The notes under the pieces: generated by a model
Database searches by the model: none
What the model was told of the DNA's origin: nothing
The model's input: the letters and a program-made list of their open reading frames with translations, nothing else
NCBI GenBank assembly: GCA_964016885.1
Contig: OZ024740.1
Coordinates: forward strand, 382,850,001 to 382,914,000
Direction of reading: 5' to 3'
Source: Eledone cirrhosa
Lineage: Eukaryota
DNA length: 64,000 nt
Position numbers and translations under genes: made by a program
Shown: positions 15,628 to 29,910 of the stretch, one piece after another
How the letters are laid out: every line of letters begins with the position of its first letter
Position numbering within the stretch: the stretch's first letter is position 1

Positions 15628-15819
15628 GGGCGGTGACTTGGCAGTATCGGTAGAGGGTCGGACGCCATGCTTTGACGCATAGAATTACGGTCCTTGTCAT
15701 TCTGAGTTCAAATCCCGCCGAGGTTAACTTTGCCTTTCATCCTTACGGGGTCGATAAAATAAAGTACCAGTAATGCACTGGGTATTTGCTGGCCTTGTGC
15801 CAAAAGTAGAAACAATTAT
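15628..15819 (+). mobile_element. tRNA-derived SINE (family A) with Nin/Deu-like central domain
   Basis: A box TGGCAGTATCGG, B box GAGTTCAAATCC, then GCCTTTCATCCTTACGGGGTCGATAAAATAAAGTACCAG. Confidence 0.9.
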
Positions 15820-16309
15820 AACTATTACCAGGATGGTATTGCCATTTTACAGCGGTGTTTACATTGTTATGTTTCTACTGTAACTGTTCCAATAAATCTA
15901 TTGGTGCTCATATGTCTAATGTTACTACTACTGTTACGGTTGCTATCAACCACAATGCAAGCAGTTGTAGTTTCTCCAGATTTATATGGTTTAAATTGTC
16001 CTCTGAGATGTGTTGAACACCTCTTCTCTCATCATCTTCTCTTAACGCAAACTGTTTCCCTTGAAAAGATGACAGAGTGTGGAGTTGCATTAGATGTCCC
16101 GCTAGTCATGCAATATGATTAAAAGTAGCTTTGTGTATAAGCCGCTGGGGGATTTCTCTTTCTCATAATATTAAATTAGACCGTTGAGATAAAATATTAA
16201 AATATTCACGATTCGCATGCTGCTATGTTAATGACAATTGTCGAGAGGGTAGAACTGCATAACATCATACGTCAGACGTAATTATAATAGAAATAGTGAA
16301 AGTAATTTT

Positions 16310-16500
16310 TATCTAATTTAGGTACAATATTATTAATTTAGAGAAGTGGAAAGCCGATTAAATATATCCCTGTAATTAACGGCTATTTCATTTTCTCAGC
16401 ACATAAAGGAGGATAAAGCAACGTTTAGCTCATTGATATTGAGATGTAGCAGATAATGTCTTGGAACACCAACAGCAAAGCGGTTTGTCCGATAATCTAA
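16310..16500 (-). mobile_element. Highly decayed SINE family A-like copy
   Basis: Patchy similarity (AAAGGAGGATAAAGCAACGTT...TGTCCGA) to the intact copies. Confidence 0.4.
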
Positions 16501-17049
16501 TGATCTTTCCATTGCATAACCGTAGGTATGCATAAATACATTAAGTAGCAATCTAATGATGGTCGTGTGCATAAAAGGGAATAGACAGGTTAATTGACTT
16601 TTCCTTTTTAATTGAATAATTCTCGTGTCAATTTCAGCGACACTATACGAAATATTAAAAAAGAAACTAAATATAATTTCCCACTGGAAATTTGCGTACT
16701 CAGGAGACGGGTATTTAGAGGAGAGGTAAACCTATACACGTGTATCTGTTTATTAAAACTCATCATCATAGTATAGTCTATTCAAATAAGTTGACAAACA
16801 ATTTTTCATATAAATATATATATTTAAAAGTAATACATATTTCTGTTCAATATAGAAATAACAATAAAGAAGGGGAAAAAAGGAAAGAAATAATAGGAAA
16901 ATATAGAAAAAAATATAGAAAAAAAGTGAAGGAGAGAAAGAAAGAAGAAACAGATCGGAAGAGGAAGGGATGGCAAAAGCTCAGATGTTGCAGAAGAGAT
17001 GGGAGGGGTGAAGGGGGAGGGTGATGGGACTTTGGCTCCTGGGGCAGTA

Positions 17050-17245
17050 GGTCAGAAGTGCTGTGCCACGCTGACAAGACCGCAAAAGCAATCCCCCGAA
17101 CCATGCCAGTGACACCCGCTGCCACAGCCACCCAACCTCGTGGGGCTCCATCCACAGACGGGCCGTGGACACTCCGATCTTGCGGAGGAGCTCGGCAGTA
17201 CGGGTTCCAAGTACGCCTGAGGTCTCGAAGGTGACCGGTGCATTC
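17050..17245 (-). mobile_element. Extreme 3' fragment of a CRE-like RLE retrotransposon
   Basis: Frameshifted WLWQRVSLA / MVRGIAFAVLSA resembles the terminal QR.S.A..RGN motif of RLE ORFs; GC-rich. Confidence 0.6.
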
Positions 17246-18592
17246 TGGTAAATTATTACAACTATTTTGTTATTGTTGATGTTGCTCTTTTTGCTGCTCC
17301 TGCTGTTGTAGTTTAAATTATGCTATAATTCGAACGCATGTAATCTCTTATTTAGCTGACCATTCATGTAATCCATTCCTGTTTCGACCATTCAATCTCT
17401 GAGTTATGCAGGATTATGTTATGTAAAGTGTCCTTTCACTATTTGTTATTGAAGCGTGAGAAGTGTAGATTTGAGTGCTGCGTACAGAAAGTTCATCGAT
17501 GACGGAAAGATTCCCATGTTGGCTTTAGAAGTTAGTGTTCGCAACAGGCGTATTCGGAACATATATAACGTTGTCCCCCACATCATCTAGATCAGTCAGT
17601 TCATTTTATCGCTTCGGAGAAATATCTTGTACAAGCTGGCTTTTTTCCATCGCATGGAATATTTATTTATTTTTTTAATTTGGGTTTAAGTTGGCATCTT
17701 ACCAAAACTGCAGATGAGTAAGAGAGACTTCAATTACTTTATGTCAATCAGAAGTAAAGGAAGATAGCTTTGATGCCTTAATGCTCTGAAGAAAAATATT
17801 AGACAACAAAAAAATAATAAAATGCAAGAAAATAAGAGATGAATAAAAAGAAAGTAATAAATAGACACAAGAAATGTAATAAAATAAAAATAAAACGCCT
17901 TGGAATTTCCTAAACCGAAAGTCTAGTTGGCACCCAAAGCATTTTTGAAATGGTGAATATAAGTTTACTTTGATAAAAATTGAGATATGAAATATTATGA
18001 ATATATATACGAAGTTACAAATATGAATATACATATATGAATATGAATATATATTCACACGAAAAGATTTTAAAATCTTTCGCTAAATGAAAAAAAATAT
18101 TATTCATAAACAACCAAATATTCCTAAGAGAATGAAAGTTATGACGCAAAAATATATAAAATAATAAACCTGAGAGGAAAAGGTGTACTGTAAAATTTTA
18201 GCTTAAAATACAACGAAGTAGAATTTGATAATCTTGAACAATTTCTATTACAAAATATTGCGATATTCTGAAATATTGGTTACCTTTTATTCGATGCAAT
18301 GTACTACATATTTATATGGGGAGAGATGCATATCGCTGGAAACGAACTTAGTGTATGTTCACAATTTGGTTTAATCTAATATCCATCCTTTTACTATATT
18401 GATATTTTGTCAGTTCAGAGACAAAAATTGTGGATAACGACTAAATTCGATTAAAAAACATTGAATGCTTGATTTTTTAAATTTTATTTGTGGTACTTTA
18501 ACTCCAGGTCAGTCCTGATAGCTAAACTAATATCCAAACTGAACCTAAAATAATATTCTAAACAACCATTTCATTATATAGGACTGCATTAA

Positions 18593-18666
<74 letters not shown>

Positions 18667-18683
18667 AAACGAAGTAAATGTGA

Positions 18684-18780
18684 TAAGGAACCAGGTGGAC
18701 CATAACGCACCAAAGTATTCAATACTAAGGGTAGTAGAGTGGGTAATAGGAGCGAGTAGGACCCCGAGGGCTGAGCTCCT
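18684..18780. repeat. Interspersed repeat fragment shared with 37882-37975
   Basis: GGACCATAACGCACCARAGTAYTCAATACTWAGGGTAG at both loci. Confidence 0.75.
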
Positions 18781-19710
18781 ATTACGGCTGTTACTTATAT
18801 ATATATACATACTACTGTACGTCTGTATACATATATGTATGTACGTATACATACTTATATTTAAGTAACAGCCGTACTAAGAGTGGGAAGTGAAATTTCG
18901 TTTCATGTTTTCTGTTTATCGTTTTTGGTACCCCGGCCGATTAACTCACTCGATATGCAAATTGGGCTGCTAAGCCGTTGATGTGCATAAGGAGGGTTTA
19001 TACTTTCAGACGTTCAACTATCTGGCAGGAGGGTATGCGTTGCTGGCGATAGCTGATAAGCTTGAAACTAGTACAGCGTTCCTTTGTCAGTGTTGAACAA
19101 ACGAGCAACGATGGTTGCTAGATACTACGGCTTAATACGGGATGTTTGTTTACAAACACACCGAGTATTGTAAAAAATGTTCGGTGAATCCATACGTGCA
19201 TATATATATGTGTGCATGTGTATATACATTCTACTGTACGTCTGTATACATATATGTATGTACGTATACATACTTATATTTAAGTAACAGCCGTACTAAG
19301 AGTGGGAAATTAAATTTCGTTTCATTTTTTCTGTTTATCGTTTTCGGTACCCCGGCCGATTAACTCACTCGATATGCAAATTGGGCTGCTCAGCCGTTGA
19401 TGTGCATAAGAACGGTTTATACTTTAGACGTTCAACTATCTGGCAGGAGGGTATACGTTGCTGGCGATAGCTGATAAGCTTGAAACTAGTACAGCGTTCC
19501 TTTGTCCGTGTTGAACAAACGAGCAACGATGGTTGCTAGACACTACGGCTTAATACGGGATGTTTGTTTACAAACACACCGAGCATTATAATAAATGTTC
19601 GGTGAATCCATACGTGCATATATATATATATATATGTGTGCATGTGTGTATATATATATATACATACTACTGTACGTCTGTATACATATATGTATGTACG
19701 TATACATACT

Positions 19711-19716
<6 letters not shown>
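18781..19716 (+). mobile_element. Hammerhead-bearing tandem element, about 2.1 units of 418 bp plus a short inverted 5' piece
   Basis: Units start near 18811, 19230 and 19666 (partial). TACGGCTGTTACTTA at 18783 is the reverse complement of TAAGTAACAGCCGTA in the unit. Ends in (TA)n. Confidence 0.75.
19038..19078 (+). ncRNA. Degenerate minimal hammerhead (second copy at 19456-19496)
   Basis: CGTTG-CTGGCGA-TAGCT gata AGCTT-GAA-ACTAGT-A-CAGCG; A6G core change and T-T closing pair, likely inactive. Confidence 0.6.
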
Positions 19717-19744
<28 letters not shown>

Positions 19745-20207
19745 TTTTTTAATATATATATATACACACATGATCGTACGTATATACAGATGTAGATACA
19801 TATACGTGTGTGTAACATGGCGAACGCGGCACCGCTAACGGAATTTTACACTTCTCCATACCCACTCTACATCTGTCCATGTATCGAGTACTCACATGAT
19901 TGGTGGCATCCTCGGTTTCAGCGCCGCAGACATTCTCTGTCTCTCTCGCTCTCTCTCTATATCTTTATGTCTGTCTCTCTCTATATATATATATATGTAT
20001 ATATATAATTGGAAATCAGTAAAATCGAATCTCTGGCAGTTTGCAAGCGAATTCGGCCTACTTATATGAGATGATGAGTTAGCAAAGCACTCGATAAGAT
20101 AGGTCCTTAGAGTAATAACATACGTATAAATAGCTTGACGAATCGAACATTGTGGTAGGCTAAACTAACACACAATATATATACCAGAGCAACGATAGTA
20201 CTAATTA

Positions 20208-20294
<87 letters not shown>

Positions 20295-21939
20295 GGTGTG
20301 TGTGTGTATGTGTGTGTGTATGTATGTGTGTGTCTGTGTGTATATGAATGTGTGAGGGTGTGTGTATGTATGTGTGAGTGTACATGTCCATTTTACGACG
20401 TTATACTGTAATTTTACGTATATTTGGCTTTGCCTTCTACTATTTCGAACATTACTAGATGGCTTACTATTAATTTCAATACGTATAAAGTGATATGCAG
20501 TGCAGTCTTGTTTCATTCAAAAGCTGAGGTTAGAATTTGAAATACACGTAAATAAATACCGTTAGATATTTTCCCCAACATTTTACCAATTCTGTCAAAC
20601 TGACCTATTAAAAATATTAAATGTTCTAACATTGCCGTATGGACATACATGCAGTGATGCATCTAAACTCACATACTTTCAAGGCCGCAGAATATATAAG
20701 ATTGTTTCACAGATTGGCATTAGGTTGTTCATCAAAACACTTCCACTTAGGCACAGATGCGATTATACCTAGTATTATTTTTGAACCGATACTTTATTAG
20801 ACTCTACTCCAATCAAGTGACTCAGTCATCTTTCCTGTTCTAGGTACTCCTATCGTATCCACCCTCATCTACAATTCATATTTATTGCTTTTGAGATCGT
20901 CGGTCATCTAGAATTCCCATTCATTCGGCATATGGAGTGTTTACTGTTTTTTTTGTAGTTTTCGACATTTCAAAATATTAAAGAAAGGTTAACTCATTAA
21001 TATCCTTAATCTAGTATTATCACGGAAGTTCTTGTGCAGATCAAATGAATAATAAATTCCATCTAATTGATTCCAATAATCAATTTTATGTCGAAGGTAT
21101 GTTAACCACTTTAGGACTTAAATCATATGATCACTGGTTACTAAATCATAACCTAGCTTCTGTAAATAATTGCTTCAAATCTTTCATTAATCAATAAGAG
21201 TAAACATATCTACGTTGCTTCATTAATGAATGCACAAGTTGTTTCATGCATTGCACTGATTAGTTATTGAATTATAAATTAAGTTGCTGAGTATTCAATT
21301 GGCACGCTTAGTCTTAAATATACCATTCGGCAGAATGAGTGTGACAGTATGTGAGAGCCTTCTAAGATTACAGTTACATTATATCCAACGATCTTACAAA
21401 ATGTCCTCTATTCAAATTCTCTCACAATCATTCAGTGGCATTGAGACACTGGTAAAAGTATTTTCCCAAAATGTCAGGCAAATGTCATGATTTGCATGCA
21501 AAATTCTAAACACAGCGGTCACGCAAGTTCCTTTCATTTGCCATTCCTAATAAGTTGAACGTTATATAATTCCCTCTTTCTCTCTCCTATAAGTAGCGAA
21601 GTCAGTGTTAATTTGAGAAAGCATTAATATATTGGTAGCTTCGTTCACTTTCTGTCAGCTAAAATACTCGTTCACAATGTTAATAAGGTTGAAACAATAT
21701 TAGCAGATGTAAGTACATGTAGTCCCTTATTAAATAAATGCTTCCCAGATGTATTTTAGCGCGGGAACCACGCCTACATGTTTTAGACAATCTACACCGC
21801 CCTAATTTTGATGAAATGTTTAAATAAAATACGAACGTCTTTGGTACGAAACCTTATTCATTAAAAATTAAATAATATATTTTAGAAAATATGTCCAAGT
21901 ATCTCTCACCCTCATTCAATCTCTCTCTCTATTTCTCTC

Positions 21940-21982
<43 letters not shown>

Positions 21983-21993
21983 ATATATATATA

Positions 21994-22124
<131 letters not shown>

Positions 22125-23647
22125 GTATATATCATATCAAATTCTCATCCTTTCTCCGAATATTTATCCGGTATTTAAGCGGTTATTTTTAGATCCAGAT
22201 GGACTGTAATCAATCAGATTTTTCTTCAAAGGACCTCAAACTAAGATCATCTAAATATGTACATTACCATGTCTATTCTCAAATATGTCCTTTCCTTTTA
22301 TCAGCTTCAGATACCAAGTACCGGCTCCTTCATTGACTAGAGGATTGCGTCTTGTTTGTTGTTTCGCATCAGGTTATCTTACAGCAACTCCCATTCTTGA
22401 CCATCCAATACCCAATTAATTTTGCTGCGATTTGAGAAGGATTTCGAAGCTATTTCAAATATGTCGAACGATAAGGCAAAGATGTGTGCTTAATTTTACA
22501 GTCCTGAGATATATATTTGTACGCATATTATATACAGATTTGAAAGACAATAGTTCAATAGATAGATTGACGAATTCAGATGTCGTAACGAACAAGCAAT
22601 TCCATATTTTTCTCCTTATGAGGGCAATCTCAATTATTTAAAATCTATTGGAGAATTAGTTTTTTTTTAATGATAGCGTCCAATTAACTAATTTCATTTC
22701 ATGTAGCAGGTTACCTTGTGTTATTTTTACAAGTGGATTTATTTTCCGCTATAACATCAGTTTTTGTTCATACGAAACTATTTAATACTCCTTTACTAAT
22801 CTAAATCTGATACTTATTGTCAAATTTTGTCGAATGGTTGAGGTTTGATAGAAATACTTTCTGAGAATTCACTATACTGATAGGAGACTAGATTCAATCC
22901 CAATTGCATTTTATGTAGAATTTTTATTTAATTTTTTTCAGACTTCAATGATTGTTTCCGCAGTGGTAGTTGGCCAGTTTTAATTATTAAGATAATGGTT
23001 TTATTTCTCATTTTGGATCGCGAAAAACAATGAGACTATACACATCTATTTTAATAATGTACAATATAGTCGTTGGTTGGACAGTTTGATGCCAATCCTA
23101 TTTATACACCACCTCAAAAAAAAAAAGCGTATATATAATTTTACGTGTGTATTTGTTTTGTTGTTGTATACTATAAATATTATTTACTATAATTGAATCG
23201 TGTTTCCCTATTTCATTTGATTATTGATTCAAACTAACTTTGCAGAAAATAAATACAAATATAAAAAATATACTTTGCCTATTGATATTCATATTTCTTT
23301 GGTATTTGAATAAACTCTTGTTTATTCTGTTCTTTTCCGTTGAGAAATGTTTTAAGGTGGTCACTAACAACAAAATAGATTACAAAGACCATTTGGAATA
23401 TTTCCAGCAAATCACGTCTTCGTGACTAATGCCTACGAAAAGGAAACAGAAATTAACAGAATAAAATGCAGCAGACGAGAAAAATAAAATTCAAATCTAA
23501 AAAGTATTAAAAATAATAATAATGAGAATTAATGAGCATTTACATCTTTTGAGATTGTTGTTATTGTCTACTTGAAATTCTTCATTTATTATTATATCAA
23601 TATCTACTGTAGTAAAATTCGTTTTGGCTTTGCTGTTGCTAAAAAGT

Positions 23648-23800
23648 CTTTCTACTTCAGGCACAAGGCCAGCAAATTGAATTCGGTTAACTCGGCGTTC
23701 GTAAATTACTTTTACATTATCTTAACAACCCAGTGAATATGAGAGGCAAAGCTAATAACGTTTGGATTTGAAATTAGAATGTAGTAAATCGTAACCAAAA
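23648..23800 (-). mobile_element. Decayed SINE family A copy
   Basis: TTTCTACTTCAGGCACAAGGCCAGCAA and GAGGCAAAGCTAA...GGATTTGAAATTAGAA. Confidence 0.55.
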
Positions 23801-23817
23801 TCTGTTCATCCACACAC

Positions 23818-23862
<45 letters not shown>

Positions 23863-23863
<1 letters not shown>

Positions 23864-26188
23864 GATTTCATTTATTAGTCACAAGGGCCGACATGAAGGG
23901 GACAATACAAATACAGGGACAGTGGGGCTTTACAATAAGTTCGAGTAAAAGTGCACAATGCCAAGACTTATTTAACAATGAAGATATAAAAAATATAAAA
24001 TAAACTATGCATAAATATAACAAAATAAAGTCCCCGATAGGGGGTAGACGACCCTGGGATGACTCAGGTACCCCACCAATCCTGAACCACCCTGCGCTTC
24101 TAGGGCACTCAGGGAGAGCACCCCTCTCCTCAAGTTAGCTAGCCTGTAGGCGCATGGTAAGAGTAGGCCCATTCATACGGGCCATTCTCGCCACATTCAT
24201 TGACCTTTTAGCAAATGTACTGGGGGGCAGCACTTCTCTCTCCAGCCTCACCTTCCTTTCCCTGTGAAACTTGAAGAAGTTGATGAGGGATTGGCCGAAG
24301 AGAAAAGTGTCTGTCTTCAGTCCTTTTAATCTGGTCCACCATATAACCTCTTTCGCAACGGCCACCAGACTGAGGAAAATTTCCTGCTCTTCCTGACCCA
24401 CGGAAGGTGGCGGGTCGATCTTCACTATGGACTCGGCCGATAGCCGGATTCGTTCCACACGCGACAGTAGCTGTTCGACATAACTCCACAAGTCAGTAAT
24501 GCACAGACATTGGACAAGTGCGTGCAGAACCGTCTCGTCGTTCTGTGCGCAACTTGGGCAGGTCGGTCTGACAGCACTTCCGTTCCTGCAGAGTTTATCC
24601 CGAACCGGCAGAGCCCCCCGGTAGCACTGCCAAGCGAGGGATTTCTGGAAATTGCCCTTCGTCGAAAGTCCTCCGGTACAGACTGGTCAGTTCGACTTCG
24701 TCGAGGCCCGAAGCTTCTCCGAGTCCGTCATAGCACTTTCCCACCACTGATCCTCTATAGAACTCTGGAGTGGAAGTTCCACTGATCGCATTGCCCGCTT
24801 GGTAGAGGGAAGTGAGTGCCTGGCACCATTCCAGTCACCAGTCACCCTGTTTCGGTCTCTTCTTGACCCAGGACTGCAGCTCAGTCAAAGAAACGAGCTG
24901 CGGAAAGGCCCGTCTGATAAACGGCGACCACACCTCTTCACCATTTAGGCATAATATCTGGAGATCCGCAGCCTCAGCACATGTCTGCGCATCATTAGCC
25001 ACGGCATGCTGAGCCCTCCGCGTAGAGGGTGCTGGAAGCAGATGGATCGCCTAACCAACGGAACTTGTCCTTTCCACAAGAATTTGAAGAGGAGCCGTTC
25101 CAACTTGACGAGGCGCGGACGGGAGCAGGACACGACGGTCAGGCGGTAGTAGATGATGGACGCGATGTACGCATTCGCCACCTCCGCGCGACCTTTCAGT
25201 GATAGACTCCTCCCAGCCCATTTTGGGGTGAGACTGGTTACCCTGCTTGTTACCTCGTTCCAATTCTTTTCCACCTGGAGGTCTGGTCAGAACCAAACCA
25301 CGAGCAACTTTACAGGTCCGTCCGTCAAGCGCCCCACGACGCTGTTGGACGGCATAGCTTTGCCTCTCCAGGTTCCAAGCTGCAAGCCCACCGACTTTTC
25401 CAGGTTAAGTTTGGCTCTTGTCAACCTTTCATATTCTTTCATTAAGGTGCCGACCACCTCTATTTCTGAGGTGTCCGACACCATGACGGTGATGTCATCC
25501 GCTTACGCCGACACCACCTTTCCACGTTCCGGTTGGAGCGAGACGCCCTGCAACAGCTCTAGCTTCGGCAGTAAAGGCTCGCGTGTCAATACGTACAGAA
25601 GTGAAGAGAGAGAGAGGGCACCCCTGACGGACCGATCGGGAGAGCCGAAATGGTTCCGAAAGGTGGCCATTAACCTTGACCACCGAGCGTCTGCCGCTAG
25701 GCAATGCAGCGATCCAGCTTCTGAAGACAGGGCCGAAGCCAACTACTTTGAGGAGAAACATAACGATGGTCGACCCTATCGAAAGCTTTCGATTGATCTA
25801 AATTGATCAGTGCCCCACCGAAGACTGGTTTACACCCTACCCTCTCTATGATATATCGCATGAGGTGGAGATTGTCGTGTATGAACCTGGCTAGTATTGC
25901 ACAAGTTTGCGCCTCCCCACGACGACAAGCGCCAATCTCTTTGTTAACACCTCAGCCAAAATGTTTAACTCTGTGTTGAGCAGAGTTATGGGCCTGAGGT
26001 TGTCTAATGTATCCCTCTTATTCTCGTCTTTCCTTATCAACGTCACCACTCCACTGCTCACAGAACTGGGAATACTCCCATTCTGCTGCCAGTTGCAGTA
26101 GAGTGCTTCGAGGAGATCGGAGAACAAGTCTGGCATATTTACGTAAAGCTCGTAGGGCAGGCCATCCAAACGGGGTGACTTGCGCCTC
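23863..26188 (-). mobile_element. 5'-truncated, decayed Tx1/L1-like non-LTR retrotransposon (RT + C-terminal region + 3' UTR)
   Basis: [55 protein letters not shown] (YADD mutated to stop), W..R.LSLKGR; frameshifts; (TAA)n on both sides. Confidence 0.9.
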
Positions 26189-26240
26189 ATAATAATAATA
26201 ATAATAATAATGATAGTAATAGTAATAGTAATAGTAATAA

Positions 26241-27480
26241 TTCTTTCTTTATTGGCCACTAGGGCCGAAAAATAAAGGAGGATAAAATTAACGAGGACAG
26301 TGTTGATTTACATAATTAATGATGTAAACAAAGAAAAGAGTTAACGAAATGACAATAAAGAAAAATGATACAAAGAGCACATTGGGAATGTGACCACAAA
26401 CCTTTGAACTCTCCAGCCTACATCCGCGTGCTCAGAATAAGCCCTTTCACTCAGGCCATCATCTGTCCGTTCACGTATCTTCTAACAAATGTTCTGAGGA
26501 GCACTATTTCCCTCTCAACGTTCACCTTCATTTAATGAGGTCTTGGCCGAAGAGAAAAGTTTATCTCACAAGTTCTTTCAGTCCCGTCCACCACACAACC
26601 CCTTTCGCTACAGCCACCAAACGGAGGAAACCTGTATTTGCTTGTAATCCTAAAGAAAACAGCAGGGTGATATTCAGGATGGTATCCGATGATAGGCAGA
26701 ACAGACTGGTTAGGTAGTTCCAGTTGAAGTCTTGTCTCCCCGTGAACATAGACGCCCACCACCAGTTTTCCCTAGAATGCTAACGCAGAATTTCCACTAA
26801 CCAGAATGCGAGTTTAGTAGGGGGTGGTGAATCTGACAACCAGTCATAGTCTTAGATTGAGCCAGGACAGCTGCTTTAGATTCAGCAGGTACTGAAGGTA
26901 AGAGAGCGGTCATAATTGACGGATCGTTCTTTTGATCTGAAACAATTCCGATAACTGGCCATTCACTTTGACCATCGAGCTGAGACCGCTGTGATTTACA
27001 GCTGTCCAGCCTCTGAAGTCGGGGATAAAAGGGGTTGCCTTGAGTACACCCTCCATATATCGATAGTCGACCCTATCAAAAGCTTTCGATTGATCTATAT
27101 CGACCAGAAACTCACCGATCTCAAGTATACTCCCTCCCGTTACTATGTTTTATCGCTTTAGTTGAAGGACGTCTTGTATAGACCGGATAGGATTGTAAAC
27201 GTTTGCACGGCCTTTACCAGAGGTTTAACGACACATTCCAATCTTGTTGCTAGCATCTTGTCCAGGATCTACAACTCTATGCTGAGCAAATTTATGGGTC
27301 GTATATCACCTGGAACGTCCCCGCCTAGTTCTAGCTTTTTATCCTCGGCCCTAGTACACCCCAACCTACAGGACTGAGAGTTCTTCCGATTTGTTGTCAT
27401 TTGTAGATAGATTCGAGGGCATTGAACGACTTGACCGGAATGTCAATGTACAACTAAGAAGGTATACCACCAACACATGG
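26241..27480 (-). mobile_element. Older, internally deleted Tx1/L1-like copy of a related family
   Basis: [10 protein letters not shown] at about 27065-27100, RPINLLS at about 27290, VAVAKGVVWWT at about 26600; 3' end resembles that of the neighbouring copy. Confidence 0.75.
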
Positions 27481-28125
27481 TGATTTGTGCCCGTACTGCT
27501 GCTTATGTCTTTCCGTGTATTGGATACAGTTATCCGCTTTTCGCTGCAATTTGCATCTTGCGTCGAGAATCACAGTAGGCAGTCGAGTTAGGAAGAACAG
27601 TTCGCCACAATCTCCATACCACTACTTGTCCCGAACAGTTGTGCAATTTGCCACAAGAAAAGCGTACAGCACTGCTTGGAATTTATTAATAACAAGCTAT
27701 ATGTTTTTCATCAGTAACTGTTGTTTAATATTGAACGCAATAATTGACGTATATATTTTGTATTTTAGCGTTTTTTAATAGATTACGACAGAGGCATACT
27801 GTGAAGAAATGGAGGTTCTACAAGCAAGGTTCATTTTGTACTTATAGGAATAATCCCACAGCATATTTCAACAAAGGAAATAAGACGTTATTAAGAAGAT
27901 TAATATACAAAATACATTAATTCATTCATATATATAAATATACTTGCTTATGGATTTTCTGAGTATTGTTTTTAACATGTTGCAGCCGTTTTATATGTAA
28001 ATTTGACATGGGAATGGACACGGTGTTTCTATGTCTACGTACATTTCCATTTCATACTACATATATCTATAAAATAATTGAATTTGTTTTTCATATTAAT
28101 TTTTATATATTTTCTCATCTTTCAG

Positions 28126-28371
28126 TGAGCATCCAGCCATACAGAAGCCTATTCATACGCATGCGTGAAGCACATTTATCAACGTTACCATTAAAGACAG
28201 TGACGAATTCAAGCGTAGAAGATTGTGCTCGGCATTGTGTGCAAGAAGTGACATTCGAATGCAAATCATACGATTATGACAATTTCGGAGAAACGTGTCG
28301 TCTTCATAATTATACGCACCTGGACTATGAAACCGTATTAATGCCTGGACCACATGTGGATCATTATAGAC
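28126..28371 (+). CDS. Internal coding exon encoding one PAN/Apple domain (host gene unidentified)
   Basis: Polypyrimidine tract + TTTCAG acceptor, C|GTAAGT donor, 246 nt, phase 1-1; peptide SVEDCARHCVQEVTFECKSYDYDNFGETCRL...VDHY has the PAN C-x3-C / C-x-S-x-x-Y / C pattern. Confidence 0.9.
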
Positions 28372-28395
28372 GTAAGTAATTACTATATCTATCTA

Positions 28396-28486
<91 letters not shown>

Positions 28487-28528
28487 TGTTACAATACTAC
28501 ACACTTACACACACACACACACACACAT

Positions 28529-28565
<37 letters not shown>

Positions 28566-29910
28566 TACTCTTCATATCCGTCATTATGCAATCCGTATAT
28601 TAATGCCCGACCAACGGAAAACTCTGTCCTCATAAACAAATGAAATAATCGATAAAATAAATAACTTTACTAAGAAATATCTCTGTCTACGACATTGTAA
28701 TCAAAAGGTATGTGCAATATGTAGTTTAGAATGAAAATATAATTAAGTTTAGTTTTTAGTTCAAGAATACATAAACTGGCCAGTTACTGGGGTTATTCAT
28801 ATACTTCGTATTCATATACATTGTTATTTGTTAATCTTGTTTTCTGTTACGGTGAGTAATGATGCATTAGTAGATAGTGAAAATATCTTCTCAATATATG
28901 TGGGTTCTTCTCCTTTAAAAATAATATTATTCTGCTTTCTGACACTATGTCAGTTTATTTCCTGTTAAGTGCTTAAACATTTGTTAATGAAACTCCGTTT
29001 CTTTATTTACTATCTGCTTATGAGTTTATTTCCTATTTGTGTAGTGAGGAGCCGTCATATTAAGCTGTTACGAGTATGTAAATAAATGTCGACATTTGAT
29101 TAGAACATTGTATTTCTTCCACCTTACGAATATAGTCAATGAGATATTCTACTATATTGTTATTATTTTCTAGTATCTCAGAATATACTGAAAAGGAATA
29201 TATATTTAGTGACCAACGAGAGTGATAGGCGTATCTGGATCACTTTCAGTGATGCAATATACAAATTCCAACTAAACTAAATAAATTATGGAAACAATCT
29301 TAATTGTTATTTCCCCATCATTTCGATATTGAACAATGTATGAGCTGGTGTTTTTCCTTAACATTCTACATGCCGATGGTACATTCCATTTAGAAAGATG
29401 TACGATGGCTAATCGTATGATCCAATTTTTTGAAGTTAATGCAGCGTTTACGAAATGTAATTGTTTATTTACTAATTGAATAATTTTTAGCTGAATTACG
29501 TATACTTCGGAGCGTGATATCTCGCTGTGTTATCAATGTCTGGTGGAATTAATTTTTAAGTAAATTTATTGCAACAATAAGGTGTGATGTCGTGTGATGT
29601 CTATCATTTTAAACATAAATACCATGTCCTAATGTAAAGCTTCACCCCCCCCCCCCCCCGCGCGCACACACACGCACATACACATACACTCACACACAAC
29701 TATATATAGGCATATGCATATATATCTATATCTATCTATTTATCTATCTATCTATATATATATATGTATATATATATATTTTTTCTTTTCTTTCTTTCTC
29801 TCACATTTCCATCTGTCCCCTTCCTTTATTTATTTATCTTTAATACTATTATTGATATAGTAATTTGAATTTTTAAGTTTACTGTTTACGCATATAGTTT
29901 ATATTTCTTA

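Noticed and set aside
15628-15720. tRNA gene
   Set aside because: The A and B boxes belong to a multi-copy SINE head; no cloverleaf.
20067-20110. ATGATGAG...CTCGATAA...GGTC hammerhead-like trace
   Set aside because: At least three core mismatches; cannot be distinguished from chance.
25153-25806. 217-aa plus-strand ORF
   Set aside because: Antisense shadow of the Tx1-like RT region.
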